A stretch of DNA of 64,000 nt from Mobula birostris (Eukaryota), in NCBI RefSeq assembly GCF_030028105.1, contig NC_092379.1, positions 21,181,309-21,245,308 on the forward strand, written 5' to 3'. Every line of letters starts with the position of its first letter. The stretch's first letter is position 1. Shown here piece by piece: positions 13,375 through 26,298 of this stretch. The position numbers and the translations under genes were made by a program. The notes under the pieces are model-generated. The model was not told the DNA's origin and made no database searches. It saw only the letters and a list, made by a program, of their open reading frames with translations.

Positions 13375-14500
13375 CTCAATGGATTTCAGCGAGGCATTTG
13401 ATAAAGTACCCCACGCAAGGCTTATTGAGAAAGTAAGGTGGCATGGGATCCAAGGGGACCTTGCTTTGTGGATCTAGAACTGGCTTGCCCACAGAAGGCA
13501 GAGAATTGTTTAGACAGGTCATATTCTGTATGGAGGTTGGTGACCAGTGGTGTGCCTCATCTGGGACCTCATCTCTTCGTGATTTTTATAAATGACTTGG
13601 ATGAGGGATGGGTTAGTAAATTTGCTGATGACACAAAGGTTGGGGGTGTTGTGGATAGTGTGGAGGGCTGTCAGAGTTTACAGCAGGACATCAATATGAT
13701 GTAAAACTGGGCTGAGAAGTGGCAGTTGGAGTTAAACCCCGGTAAGTGTGAGCTGGTTTATTTTGGTAGGTCAAGTATCATGGCAGAATATAGTATTAAT
13801 AGTAAGACTCTTGGCAGTGTGGAGGATCAGAGGGATCTTGGGCTCCATGTCCACAGGACACTCAAAGCTGCGACACAGGTTGACAGTGTGGTTAAGAAGG
13901 CATATGGTACATTGGCCTTCATCATCTGTGGGATTGAGTTCAAGAGCTGAGAGATAATGTTGCAGCTGTATAGGACCGTGCTCAGACCCCACAGAGTACT
14001 GTGCTCAGTTCTGGTCACCTCACTAGAGGAAGGATGTGGAAAATATAGAAAGAGTGCAGAGGTAATTTACAAGGATGTTGCCTGGATTGGGGAGCATGCC
14101 TTACGAGAATAGGTTGAGCAAATTTAGCCTTTTCTCCTTGGAGTGACGAAGGATGAGAGGTGACCTGATAGAGGTGTACAAGATGATGAGAGGCATTAAT
14201 TGTGTGGATAGTCAGAGGCTTTTCCCCAGAACTGAAATGGTTAACAAGAGAGGGCACAGTTTTAAGGTCAGAGGAGATGTCAGGGGTAAGTTTTTACACA
14301 GAGAGTGGTGAGTGTGTGGAATAGGCTGCCGACGATGGAGGTGAAGGCGGATATAATAAGGTCTTTTAAGAGGCTGCTGGATAGGTCCATGGATCTTAGA
14401 AAAATAGAGGGCTCTGGGTAACCTACGTAATTTCTAAAGTAAGAACATGTTCGGCACAGTATTGTGGGCCACAGGGCCTGTATTGTGCTGTAAGTTTTCT
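13375..14500 (+). mobile_element. CR1 LINE 3' part
   Basis: DFSEAFDKVP..., VTSGVP...KFADDTK, and a 3' UTR ending near 14500. Confidence 0.87.
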
Positions 14501-14509
14501 AAGTTTCTA

Positions 14510-16810
14510 TGTAACATTAGTCCTGAGGACTTATCCATCTTAATCCTTTTTTGGAGGCCCAACACTTCCTCTGCCTTTACCTCTAAATTCCCTAATTTAT
14601 TTATACACTCAGCACTGTTCTTCTGGTCCTCCACATCTTTTCCCTTTGTAAATACTGAAGCAAAGAACTTATTAAGTTCCTCACTCACATTCTCTGCATC
14701 CAAGCAAATGTTCCCCCCTTTATCATTGAGTTGTCCCACCATCTCCCGAGTTATCCTCTTGGTCTTGATGTATGTATAAAACGCCTTGGGATTCTCCTTA
14801 ATCCAACTTATCAAGGACTTTTCATGGCCTCTCCTGGCTTTCCTAATTCCCTAATTCCCTTTAGTTCCTTTCTGGATTCTTTATACCCCTCATGTGCTTT
14901 GTTTGATTCAACCTTCTGAAGCCTTACAAACTTTATCTTTTTTTCTTGACTAAATTCATCACTTCTCTGGACATGCAGGGTTCCCTTATCTTTCCATGCC
15001 CATCCTTCCTTCTGACAGGAACATACCTTTCCTGCATTCTGCGCAATTGCTCTTTAAACACACTCCACATGTCTGATGTGGACTTGCCAGAGAAAAGGTG
15101 TTTCCAATTAACTCTTCTTAGTTCCTGCTGAATGCCCTTGTTCCCTTACTGTTCACCCACTGAAAGGTCAGTCACCTGGCCAGGCTCATTCCCCAACACC
15201 TGTAACAGAATGGCCCCCTCCTTTCATTGGACTGTGCACATACTGATTTAAGAAACCTTCCTGGACGCACATACACTACGATAGTCCCAGTTGATATTAG
15301 GGAAGTTGAAACCCTCCATGACGACAACAAAAATATTATTTTTATACTTTTGGTGAACCTAATTACATATCCATTCCTCAATGTCCTGGTGGCTTTTAAG
15401 GGGTCTGTAGTACAATCCCATTAGTGTGATTGCACCCTCCTTAAAGAACCTGGTACATTAATCACCCATTCCTGCCCCTCTCTTGACCAGGTTTCTGAAA
15501 TGTCTATAAGATTGTAGTTCCGCAAACTGATCCATGCTCTAATTTCATCTTGGCTAAAGGATGGCTGCCATTGGGAGCTGAACGTCCAAGGATATATGGT
15601 GTATCGGAAAGATAGGTTAGTAGGCAGAAAGGATGGTGTGGCCCTGTTCATAAGAAATAATATTAAGTCATTAGAAAGGGGTGACATAGAATCAGAAGGT
15701 GTAGAGTCTCTACGGGTTGAGTTAAGGAATGGCAAGGGTAAAAGGAACCCAGTGGCAGTTGTAGACAGGCCTCCAAACAGCAGCCAGGATGTGGATTAAA
15801 AATTACAGCAGGAGAAAGAAAAGACATATGCAGTATATTGGACAAGTAGGTGCAGTGAAAATGACGACTGAGAAGGTGCTCAGGAAGCTGAATGGTCTCA
15901 GGTTGGATAAATCTCCTGGACCTGATGGAATGTACCCTCGGGTTCTGAAGGAAGTAGCCTTTCAATACCTTTCCTGACATCTAACTTCTGGTCAGGTCCT
16001 TCCCCTACTGACCTGGGGCTCTGGCTCTCAGCCCCTGCAAGACGAGCTTAAACTCTCCCAAGTAGCATCAGCAAAGCCAGGATATTGGTTCCACTCCAGT
16101 TCAATCAACGTGCATATTGAAATTCACGATGACTATCTTAACATTGCACTTTTGACATGCACTTTCTGTCCTCGGTTGTAATTTGTAGACTACATCTTTG
16201 CTATACTGTTTGCAGGTCTGTATATAACTCCCATCAGGGTGTTTCACTCTTCCAGATTCTGAGCTCTACCCAGAACGATTCTACACCTTCCGATCCTGTG
16301 TCACCTCTTTCTAATGATTTCATTTAATTTTTTACCAACACAGCCACACCACGCCTTCTGCCTACCTCCCTGTCCTTTCGATACAATGTGTATCCTTGGA
16401 CATTAAGCTCACAGCTATAATCTTTCAGCCATGATTCAGTGATGCCCAGAAAGTCAATATGTAGCTGGGCTTCAAGTTCATCGAGTTTATTCCATACCCT
16501 GCGTGCATTCAAATATAACACCTTCAGTCCTGTATTCATCACATTTTAAATTTGCGTCCTCTTTTACATTGCAACTCATCCTGTTAACTGTAATTTTACC
16601 TGATCATCAGCTTCTTCTTAGTAGCAGTCTCACTACACACTGCTCCTGTTTGTAAACATAACGATTTGATCCTCATCCCTATCACTTCATTTCCCATCCC
16701 CCTGCCAGATTTGTTTAATCTCTTCTGAACAGCTCCAGCAAACCTGTCTGCAAGGATATTTGTCCCCTGTGGATTCAGGTGTAACCTGTCCCTTTTGTAC
16801 AGGTCATAAC
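14510..16810 (-). mobile_element. Patchwork of CR1 fragments (APE endonuclease, ORF1 end, RT linker), mostly minus strand
   Basis: ORFs 14434-14814, 16324-16542 (LKVLYLNARRVWNKLDEL) and 16596-16823; short plus-strand pieces at 15596-15977. Confidence 0.8.
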
Positions 16811-17001
16811 TTCTGCTTATCAAGGCCCAGAGGCTCGGAGTAAAGAGGAAAGGTGTAAAGTCCCAGGGGTTGTGAAGGCCTCAGACTGCGTTGTCTGTTG
16901 ATTGTGCTGTCGTTGGGATTGCAGTGTCAGAGAATGCAATGTGAGATAAGGAAGCTGAAAGTTTGTGTTTCATGGGATGTCTCTGTTAGTCAATTAGTTA
17001 C

Positions 17002-17144
17002 CTTGACAACGGTGACTAAGGTGCTGTAGAGGAAACTGATGATGAACAGAATGACAAAGGCAACAACTGTAAGCACATTGTCATCTCCATCCACGTGTCC
17101 CTGTTCTTCCTTCCCCTCCTCTCCTGTCATGTCTGTGCAGGTTT
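17002..17144 (-). CDS. IgW: Transmembrane (TM1) exon
   Basis: Acceptor CTTTCAG|AA. Acidic spacer ETCTDMTGEEGKEEQGHVDGDDN, then VLTVVAFVILFIISFLYSTLVTVVK with the antigen-receptor TM motif (F..LF..S..YS..VT..K). AAG|GTAACT follows; read-through gives KVTN* (stop ends 16990). Confidence 0.92.
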
Positions 17145-19306
17145 CTGAAAGAATAGAGAAAGTGAGAAGGTTAGTTTCTTGTCGTTGTTTCTTGAAGATC
17201 AACATGGCAATAAAGTTGAGTAAACTTGATGACTTGTTTCTTCACAGCATGTCATTTGTAACCTGTGAGCCCCTGGACAGAACTAAATGAACTAGTTTCT
17301 CTGAATCAACTATGTTCGCTCTGCTAAAAATATTGACCAGATCTTCACTTAGTGTTCATTAACCATCATCCCAACTTGTAATTTGCTCTGGGGAGTGCAT
17401 GTATGTTCAGCAGTCCCTCCAAGACAGTTTGTCCAAAGACCTGGAGTTGGTTCCTGCCTATTCATTTCATCGATTATTATCTCTGTAGTTAAAGCTTTCC
17501 AGATGCTGACAGGTCTGCCAGCCTTGTGTGAGTGGCAAAAATTAGTCATCTGTGTTTCTACCCAATATCTAAACCATGAATAAATCTAGTGAATAGTGTC
17601 ATCACTGAACACATTGCTGCAGGTCAGAGGACATCACTGTCGACATATTGTCCCTTCTTTCTGTAACTCTCCACTTTCTGAATGAGTTCACCAATTGTCT
17701 TCACACAGTTGATGAAATACCTTTCCCTGTCTATTAAACTTTGAAATTGTGGACCAATCCAAAATTTTCTATCATTTGCACAGTGGAAACGATAGTACAC
17801 ATTTACCAAAATCTACTTGAATGTCTGTCTGTCTGTCTGTACAATGAAGGACAGAACCAACCAGGCAACACTTCCAGCCCCTCAGGTTTAAGTCACACAA
17901 TTGTATCCCAAAACATACCGGCACGGAACACTGGCAGCCAAATGCTTTCCATACCTTTTTATTGAACTTTGATTACACAAACACAGGCTGACTTTTAACC
18001 TGTCAAGTAGTCTACACAAGTTTCCAACAGGATCAGACCTGACACAAGGAAGTTTTAACAAAATCTGCAGGATCTCAGAAATGTTGGTAATTTATTTTGA
18101 TGTACTTAGTCATGGAATATATATTTCCATTTTGAGCCAATGAGAAAGGACTTGCAGGTAACCTTGCTTGTTTCAGAGATGTAAACCACACTGTTGGAGG
18201 ATCAACCATCAGTTGAAGGTTGACAACTGGAGTTGTTGGCCACTCTGTCCATGGGAATCTCTGCTGCAGAGAACCCAGTGACCCAACTTCTTTCTGTCTC
18301 ATCTGGTGGGGAAGGGTAACTTCAGAGGGTTCATATTGGGAATGGACTTTTTCATTTGCATGATGTTTTCCTGGAATATTCTGTTCTTACACCATCGAGG
18401 CCAATGTTTACACCACTAGTGATCTCTCCACATCTAAAATGTAAAAGTTTTTACTTTTGGAAATGAAAGATAAATTGTGGAAAGTGTTCAGTGGGTTAGA
18501 GAACACTTGTGAACAGAGAAAGGGATAACACTGAGATAGCATCACAAGTGTACTCTGTACCATTGCTTCAGCACTAGTTCTGTGCCTGGCTGAGTACTGT
18601 GCATCTCTCTGGTTTACTGGAACTCAACAACTGTCTGATGTCCAGTTACATTCCACAATGCCTGCTCCAGTGGAACTCAGTTCCTCCAGTTCTGCTGACA
18701 GATAGACTTGCTTCATGTCTCTGAGACGTTGGTGTGGAAACATTGACCCTGCAGTCATTATTTCATCATTCCCTCACTGACAAGGCCGGCATTCCTTACT
18801 CTGCTCCAGCAGGTCCGTCAGAGAGCAATGAAGAGTTTGATGTGAGACTGATGGATACGGGTAAACAGGGTAGGAAGGCCAGGGTCCTTCACCAAAGAAC
18901 ATCAGTGAAATAATTTGTAATCTAAAGCTACAATCTTTCACAGTCACCTCTGGTTGTGTGTTCACGCCATTGTCCTGAGGCTTGGGAACAGACTGTAGGT
19001 CAGTGATCCTGGTACTAGTACTGAGTGGATGCTACACTCTTGCACATCTGTCTGAGATGCGACAGAGGGGCCCAGATGGGTATTTACTGATGGACAGACA
19101 GACCTTGTGTTGGTAGTTTAGAAGAGAGTTAAGTTTTGAAAGCATCGGATGAACTCTGCTTCTTTCCCACTCTCTGCCTCTGCATTATTAATCCACTCAC
19201 ACAACTACAACAATGCCAGACTTGCCGTTACCTATTGACCTTGCTTGTCCCTGGGTTGTGACTGTGGCAGAGGATGTCAACAGTGGAGTGAATCTCAGAA
19301 TCATAC

Positions 19307-19630
19307 CTTGAATGTTTTTCACATCCTGCCTGACACTGGTGTTGGAGGGGGGATGAGACACTGTGCATCTGAAAACTGAGCCTTCCTTCCACTCCTCTGT
19401 GCTCACGGTCAGGACGTAGCTGGCAATGAAAGTCCCTGCCTGTTCCAGAGCAGTTGGTCTCACACTGGTGTTGGAAGAGATCAGAGAGTCCCCTTTCTCC
19501 CAGGTGACGGTTATTTGGTCCGGGTAGAATCCAGAAGCAACACACTCGAGGGTGACCGTGTTCCCACTCTTGGTCTCTCCCTCTGGCGGTGGCAGCAGTC
19601 TGACTTTGGGACCTTTTGTCTCCAGTGGAA
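19307..19630 (-). CDS. IgW: CH4' (duplicate of CH4)
   Basis: Encodes VPLETKGPKVRLLPPP...LECVASGFYPDQITVTW...FRCTVSHPPSNTSVRQDVKNIQ; donor G|GTATGA. The homologous acceptor is mutated to AC, and an in-frame AG lies 6 nt upstream (324 nt exon). Confidence 0.88.
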
Positions 19631-19713
19631 CTGATGGGCAAACAATGGAAATGTCAAACATTTTTACTGAGGTAACCAACGTTGTCCATTTTAATCGCTG
19701 ACCTCTTGCCCAC

Positions 19714-20016
19714 CTTTGGTACTTTTTGTCCGTGCTGATACTGGTGAGGTTGCAGAAGGTTGTTGGGCAGAGCAAGTGTACTCCACCCCACTGGTCCACT
19801 CCTCCACACTGGTCTGGAGTTGGCTGATCACTGTGTCTTGGGTTCCTTCCTCTCTCAGTTTTTTGGTGACATTTGCTTTGATTTTCTCCCTCTCATTCAC
19901 CCTCCAGTGGATTTGGACCTGGCTCAGATCAGCACCCACAATCATACACACCAGAGTAGCGGTCTGGTTGATCCACATCTCTTCAATGGAGGGATTTTGG
20001 ATAAAGACAGACAACT
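19714..20016 (-). CDS. IgW: CH3' (duplicate of CH3), downstream of the secretory exon
   Basis: Acceptor CTACAG|AG, donor G|GTGGGC, 303 nt as for CH3. Encodes ELSVFIQNPSIEEMW...LVCMIVG...IHW...EEWTSGVEYTCSAQ...STK; roughly half the residues match CH3. Confidence 0.92.
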
Positions 20017-20819
20017 CTGTAGATTAGAAATAGAAATTTACAAACTGGACAATATCTGCCGTCAGCTGGCTTGACAACTTCAGCTCAGACTTATCCTGTG
20101 CAGAATTGTACAACGGAATGAAATCAGGTTTGTTTACAGAGTGGGTTGCTCATCTCTGCTTACAACCTCTGACTGAGAAAACAAAATCAAACATCAAGGA
20201 GCTTATTTCCTCGGGACCCAGTTGGGTCACAGCTTGAACTGTGGGACATTTGCCCAGCTACATGACATTTAGCTGCTAGAATGCCAATAAAATGTGCTAT
20301 CGGAGCTGTGAATTGCAATGAGAAATGCAGTTTCTGATCAAAGACAGCATTTCCTGCAATCTTCTTGTCTCAGTGCAGGTGAGAGTCTGTAGATCCATTT
20401 GTGACATTGACCTGAATCAATGAGCTGCCTCATATCTGTTCAGACTGATCCTGGGATTCCTCCAGATTGAAAATTCTGATACTGACTTTCGAATCCCTCA
20501 TGAAAAATCTCTCTTTTCATCTCTGTAACTTGCCTGCCCCAGTCAATGATCTCACTTTGTTCCATAGACATGGCTTTGTGTCCCATCATCCACATCATTA
20601 GTAATATCAGTGAATAGTTGCAGGGCCGACAAAGATCATTGCAGGACACTGCTCACGATTAAATCCTGCTGGGTTCAGTCCCCTATCACATGACACAGTG
20701 ATAATGGAATTGTTGATGAATGATTGCAAACAATTTCAGTCCATTAGTCTACAGCAGATCCAGGCATGGTGTGGGGGCAGCCACCTCAGGCCAGCATCGG
20801 ACAGTCACTGGAAGAGCTG

Positions 20820-22940
20820 AGCACTGTGATCAGTAGACACGAAATAGCACACCTGGATTTGAACCACGACATCTTGAAGAACTCTCTGAACAATGACCAC
20901 TAACATATCTCCTGTGGAACCAGAGGAGCCAACACTTGACCACTGTGATGCCACCATCAACAACGGTTACCATGCCAGCACATGGCCACACTTTGGTGAG
21001 GCCGATCACCTGGCTGTACTTCAACTCCCAGCATATAGGCAGAGACTAAAGACCACAGTGCTGGTAGTGAGGACCAAGAAGATATGGACAAGGAAGTCAC
21101 AAGTGCGCTGACAGGAGTTTGAGCTGGTGAACTAGACAATATTCAGAGACCTTTCTTCCAATCTGAATGAATATGCCACAGTTGTCACTGACTTCATCAA
21201 GACCTGTGTGGATGAGTGTGTCCCTTCGAGAACATCCCGGATATCCCAAACCAAAAGCTGTGGATGGACCTGGAGATTTGTACTCTTCTGAGGGCTCGAT
21301 TTATGGCAGTCCAGGCTGGTGACTCAACATAGGACAAGAAGCCCAGGTATGAACTGTGGAAAGCTATTGATTAAGTTGGTGCCAGAGTGCAATGCTCCCT
21401 CAGTCAACGTCTTCCAGATGGCTCACAAAAATATCCTTTTTTGGTCCTTTGTGTCTGTTTTTCTCCTTAAATATGTTTCTCAGACTGTTAGATTTCGAGA
21501 CTGTGATTTAGATTGGATATTGTTTCAGTGATCCAGTGCTTTGCTATCTCCAAAAAGATTCCGAGTATGTACTCAGACGGCTTTGATGCAATGAAACTTC
21601 AAGACAGCGTGTGAGCCGATGATTGACTCCATTTCGCCATTTAAAGCATCCATTAAGTGAGCGAGAGTTTCATCGCCGATGCCTGTCTTTTTGTGGCTAT
21701 CTGGAGAACACAAATTTCAAGTTGGATGTGGATACAGGCTTTGATAATAATGAACCTTTGAACAATTCCAATTGAAGTTAGAGAAGGAATCAGATCCCTT
21801 CAGCTCTGGCAGACTTTTCAGGCCATTACTTCCTACAAGGTGAAACCTAACATCACGAATGGCAGTGATGCTTCATTCCCAGATGAGCTCAACGCCATTT
21901 AAGCACACTTTGAAAGGGAGAATGAAACTACATGTGGGTGAATCCCTGCAGTGTCTGGTGACCCTGTCATCTCTGTCTCAGATGCCAATGTCAGAGCAGC
22001 TTTCAAGAGGGTGAATCCTCACACTGAATCAGGCCCTGATGCTGTGCCTGGTACGGAATTGAAAACTTGTGCAACCAACTGGTGGGAGTGTTCAGGAACA
22101 TCTTCAATATCTCACTGCTGCAGTCAGAGGTTCCCATCTGTTTCAAAAGAGTGAGAATCATACCAGTGCCCAAGAAGAGCAGGGTGAGCTGTCTCAATGA
22201 CCATCGCTCAGTTGCACCCACATCTACTGTGAGGAAATGCTTTGAGAGGTTGGTCACGGCCCGAATCAACTCCTGCTTAAGCAAGGACCTGGACCCACTG
22301 CAATTTGCCTGTTGCCACAATAGGTCTACAGCAGATAGAATCTGACTGGCTCTCCACTTGGCCTTGGATCACCTGGACAATAACAATACCTGCTGAACGT
22401 CCGGATGTTGTTTACTGATTACAGCTCAGTGTTCAACACAATCATAACCTCAGTTCAAATCAACAAACTCCAAAACCTGGGCCTCCAGACCTCTCTCCAC
22501 AACTGGATCCTTGACATCCTCACTGGGAGACCACAGTCAGTGTGGATCTGAATGAGCATCTCCTCCTCACTGACAATCAACACTGGAGCACCTCAAGGAT
22601 GTGTGCTTAACCCACTGCTCTGCTCTCTCTGCACCCACGACTGTGCGACTAGGTAGAACTCAAGTGGCATTTATAAATTTACTGTTGAGCTATTGTGGGC
22701 TGAGTTTCAGGGTGATGAGGAGGCATACAAGAGCAGGATCGATCAGTTGGGTTCGTGGCGTTTCAACAACAACCTTACTTTCAACGTCGGTAAGACGAAG
22801 CAATTGATTGCAGACTTCAGGAAGGGGAAGTCATATGAACACACATCAGTCTTCATTGAAGGATCAGCAGTGGAAAGGTTGAGCAGTTTCAAGTTCCTGG
22901 GTGTCAAAATCTTTGAAGATCAATCCTGGGTCCAACACAC
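20820..22940 (+). mobile_element. Rex1/Babar-like LINE, decayed
   Basis: ORF 22067-22345 NQLVGVFRNIFNISLLQSEVPICFK...IIPVPKK...LDPLQFA...NRSTAD, with downstream RT pieces (PQGCVL, FNNNLTFNVGKTK). Confidence 0.8.
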
Positions 22941-23304
22941 CTATTTCTTTATTTGCATAGTTCTGATCTCATCCTTTGTCTCTTCTTCTAATCCTCTCTG
23001 TCTCTGTCTCCACTGAACTCACAAGAAGAAAACAGGAGGAAGTGCAGACCACCAGATTCCATCTTCTGGGCTGAGATTTCTGGGAATTCATTCCATCTGA
23101 GGGAAGAAATCTCTGCACCACAGTTTCAAATGTCCTGCTCCTTACTTTGTAACTCTGTCCCCTTGTTCGTTGCTGTATGACAGGTGAAATTCTCCCAACA
23201 TCTACCCTCTTGTGCCCCTTTTACATCTGATATGTTTGTCCAGAAATCTGGATTCTTGTCAACTGCAAGCAATGCAGACACAGACTGTCTGGTCTTGGTC
23301 ATTG

Positions 23305-25600
23305 TCTGACAGTCACAGAGTCACAGAAAAGCACAGCACAGAAACAGGCCCTTTGGCCCATCTGGTCTGTGCCGAGCCATTTGAGCTGCCAAGTGCCATT
23401 GACTTGCACCCAGACCATTGCCCTTCATACCCCTCCCATCCATGTAACCATCCAAACTTGTCTTAAACATTGAAATCGAGCTTGCAAGCACCACTTGCTC
23501 TGGCAGTTCATTCCACACTCTCACAAAACTCTGAGTGAAGAAGTCTCCCCTCAGGTTTCCCTTAAACATTTCACCTTTCACCCTTAACCCATGATCTCTA
23601 GTTGTAGTTCCAGCCAACCTCAGTGGAAAAAGCCTGCTTGCATTTACCCTATCTATACCCCTGATAATTTTCTATACCGCCATCAAATCTCCCCTCAACC
23701 TTCTACGTTGCAAGGAATAAAGTCCTAACCTGTGTAATCTTTCCTTATAACTCAGTTTCTCAGTCCTGGCTGCATCCTTTTAAACCTTCCCTGTACTCTT
23801 TCAAGCTTATTTACACCTTTCCTGCAGATGTGACCAAAGCTGAACAGGTAAAGATTTTTCCTCCTCATGTATATGAAGGATGTAGGTAATAAAGTCAATT
23901 CAATTCAAATTAGGCCTCAAGAATGTCTTATACAACTTTAACATAACACCCCATCTCCTGTACTCAGTACTTTGATTTATGAAGGCCAGTATGCCAAAAG
24001 ATTTCATTATGATCCTATCTACCTGTGCCTCCATTTTCAATTAATTATGAACCTGTGTTCCCACATCTCTTTGTTCTACTGCACTCCTCAGTGTCCCATC
24101 GTTCACTGTGTAAGACCTACCTCAGCTGGTCCTACCTAAGTGCAACACCTTGCACTTGTCTGCATTAAATTCCATCAGCCATTTTTCAGACTATTTTACC
24201 AACTGGTCCAGATCCCACTACAAGCTCTGATAGTCTTTCTTGCTGTCCACAACACTTGCTGTCCAGCATCACTCTTCCTTCAGTTAGTCCTGACAAAGGG
24301 TCTCGGCCTGAAACGTCGACTGCACCCCTTCCTAGAGATGCTGCCTGGCCTGCTGCGTTCACCAGCAACTTTGATCTGTGTTGCTTAAATTTACAGCATC
24401 TGTAGAATTCCTGTTGTTTACATTCGTTCATTCTTTTAGCCGTTCTTATTTCTTTCTTAGGTGTTTTCTTCATATTTCTTACACTCCATAAGTACCTCAT
24501 TTGTCCCTACCTGCCTATACCTGCTGTGCACTTCCTTGTACTTCTTAACCAGGGCCTCAATATCAAATGTCATCCTTGCCTTTTCTTCTGACAGGCACAT
24601 ACAAGCAACGTGCTCTCAAAATTTCACTTTTGAAGGCTTCTCACTTACCAAGTACACCTTTGCCAGAAAACAGCCTGTCCCAATTCACGCTTACCAGATC
24701 CTTTCTGATATCATCAGAACTGGCCTTTCTCCAATTTAGATTCTGAACCTGGGAACGAGATCTATTTTTTTCCAAATTTATTTTGAAACTAATGGCATTA
24801 TGATCAGTTGATGCAAAGTGTTTCCGTACACAATCTTCTGTCACCTGCCCTGTCTCATTCCTGAATAAGATATCAAGTATTGCACACACTCTGTTGGGAT
24901 TTCTATCTACTGATTAAGGAAACTTTCTTGAATACATTTGACAGACTCCATCCCTTTTGTAGTCTGGGTGTCCAAGTCAATTTGTGGAAAGTTGAAATCA
25001 CCTCCTATCGCAACCTTGTGTTTCTTGCAATAGCCTGTGATGTCCCGACAATTTGTGCCTCTAGGTCCTGCAGGGCGATCTATAATATAGCCCCATTAAC
25101 AGAGCCATACTTTTCTTAGTCCCCATTTCCACCTGTAAAGTCTCAGAAGAGGAGTTCTCCAGTCTCTCCTGACTGAACACTGCCGTCACATTTGCACTTT
25201 AATCCCTCCCATTCTGTGCATCTAAAAAATGGAACCCCAGAATATTGAGCTACCAGTCCTGCGTCTCCTGCAACCAAGTCTCACTAATGGTCACCATATC
25301 ATAATTCCATGTATTGATCTCTGCCCTGAGTTCATCTGCCTTTCCTACAGTAATACTTGCTTTGAGATATACGCAGCTCAGAACATTACTCACACCATGC
25401 TCAACATCTTGATTCCTGACGTTGTCTAATGTCTAAACAACATCTGCCTCCACAACGTCTCCACAATCTGTTCTGACACTCTGGTTTGTCACCCCCTGCA
25501 ACTCTAGTTTAACCGGCATCCCCTGCCACCCCCACCATGCAGCACAAGCAAACCTTCCCACTGGGATATTAGTCCCCCTTCAGTCCAGATGCAAACCATC
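23305..25600 (-). mobile_element. CR1 LINE fragments with an embedded Penelope terminal repeat
   Basis: CR1 3' end at about 23310, ORFs 23321-23617 and 24641-24889; Penelope repeat at about 24270-24420. Confidence 0.82.
24286..24322 (+). ncRNA. Minimal hammerhead ribozyme motif in a Penelope terminal repeat, one core substitution
   Basis: AGTC-CTGACAA-AGG GTCTCGG CCT-GAAA-CGTC-GACT: stem I AGTC/GACT, stem II AGG/CCT, palindromic ACGT stem III, GUC cleavage triplet. The core CUGANGA has G8 changed to A. Confidence 0.65.
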
Positions 25601-25998
25601 TGCCCTGACAGACAGATGTTTAACTGTGCCATTGCAACAGAACAGTTCCCAACAATGATATGTTTCATTTAGTTAGTGACACACAGACACCAGATGAGGA
25701 GCAGAAATGTTAGTGGGGACAAGGAGCCCTCAAACAGTGATCCAATATCTTTGAGACCGATATGACATTTGGTCACTGGTTTCAACTCTCAACTCTTTGT
25801 CAGATTGCCGTACATTCTAATCTCTCTGACCATCAGTTGACAGCTGATCAGTGGGATACCCGATGCAGGAAGGGTTCAGACACCAGAGAAACAAAGATTA
25901 CTGTTTCTCCCTGACTGTGTGTCACATGCCACGCCTCATGTTGAAAGTTCCTTTTTTCTCATCACCAAAAATCACAATGAATACATTTTCATGTCATA

Positions 25999-26004
25999 TT
26001 TATT
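25999..26004 (-). terminator. Candidate poly(A) signal of the long secreted form
   Basis: AATAAA on minus, about 295 nt after the CH6 stop. Confidence 0.5.
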
Positions 26005-26298
26005 GAACTTGGATCGGTACATTGACACGTACAAGGATTTAATACATTGTGCAGTCCCACACAGGGTTGAAATCCATTCAAATGTGGCAGAAGAAGGTCT
26101 AAGAATGTACACACAAACTCAGAGATTTGTGGTGAATCATGTTTGTAGTTTAATTTGGTTCTTGATCTTAGTTTCATTCTTAATTATGTTAAAAGGTCCA
26201 GATTTTAATCATGTTTTAATCAGCTAAATAATCCTCTGTGATAATTAATAGTCATAAAACTAACAAAACTGGGGTTTCATGGATTGAATCACACAGTA

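Noticed and set aside
19716-20074. Plus-strand ORFs over C exons (also 27289-27510, 29057-29320, 41805-42224, 47330-47698)
   Set aside because: Antisense shadows of real exons or of gag.
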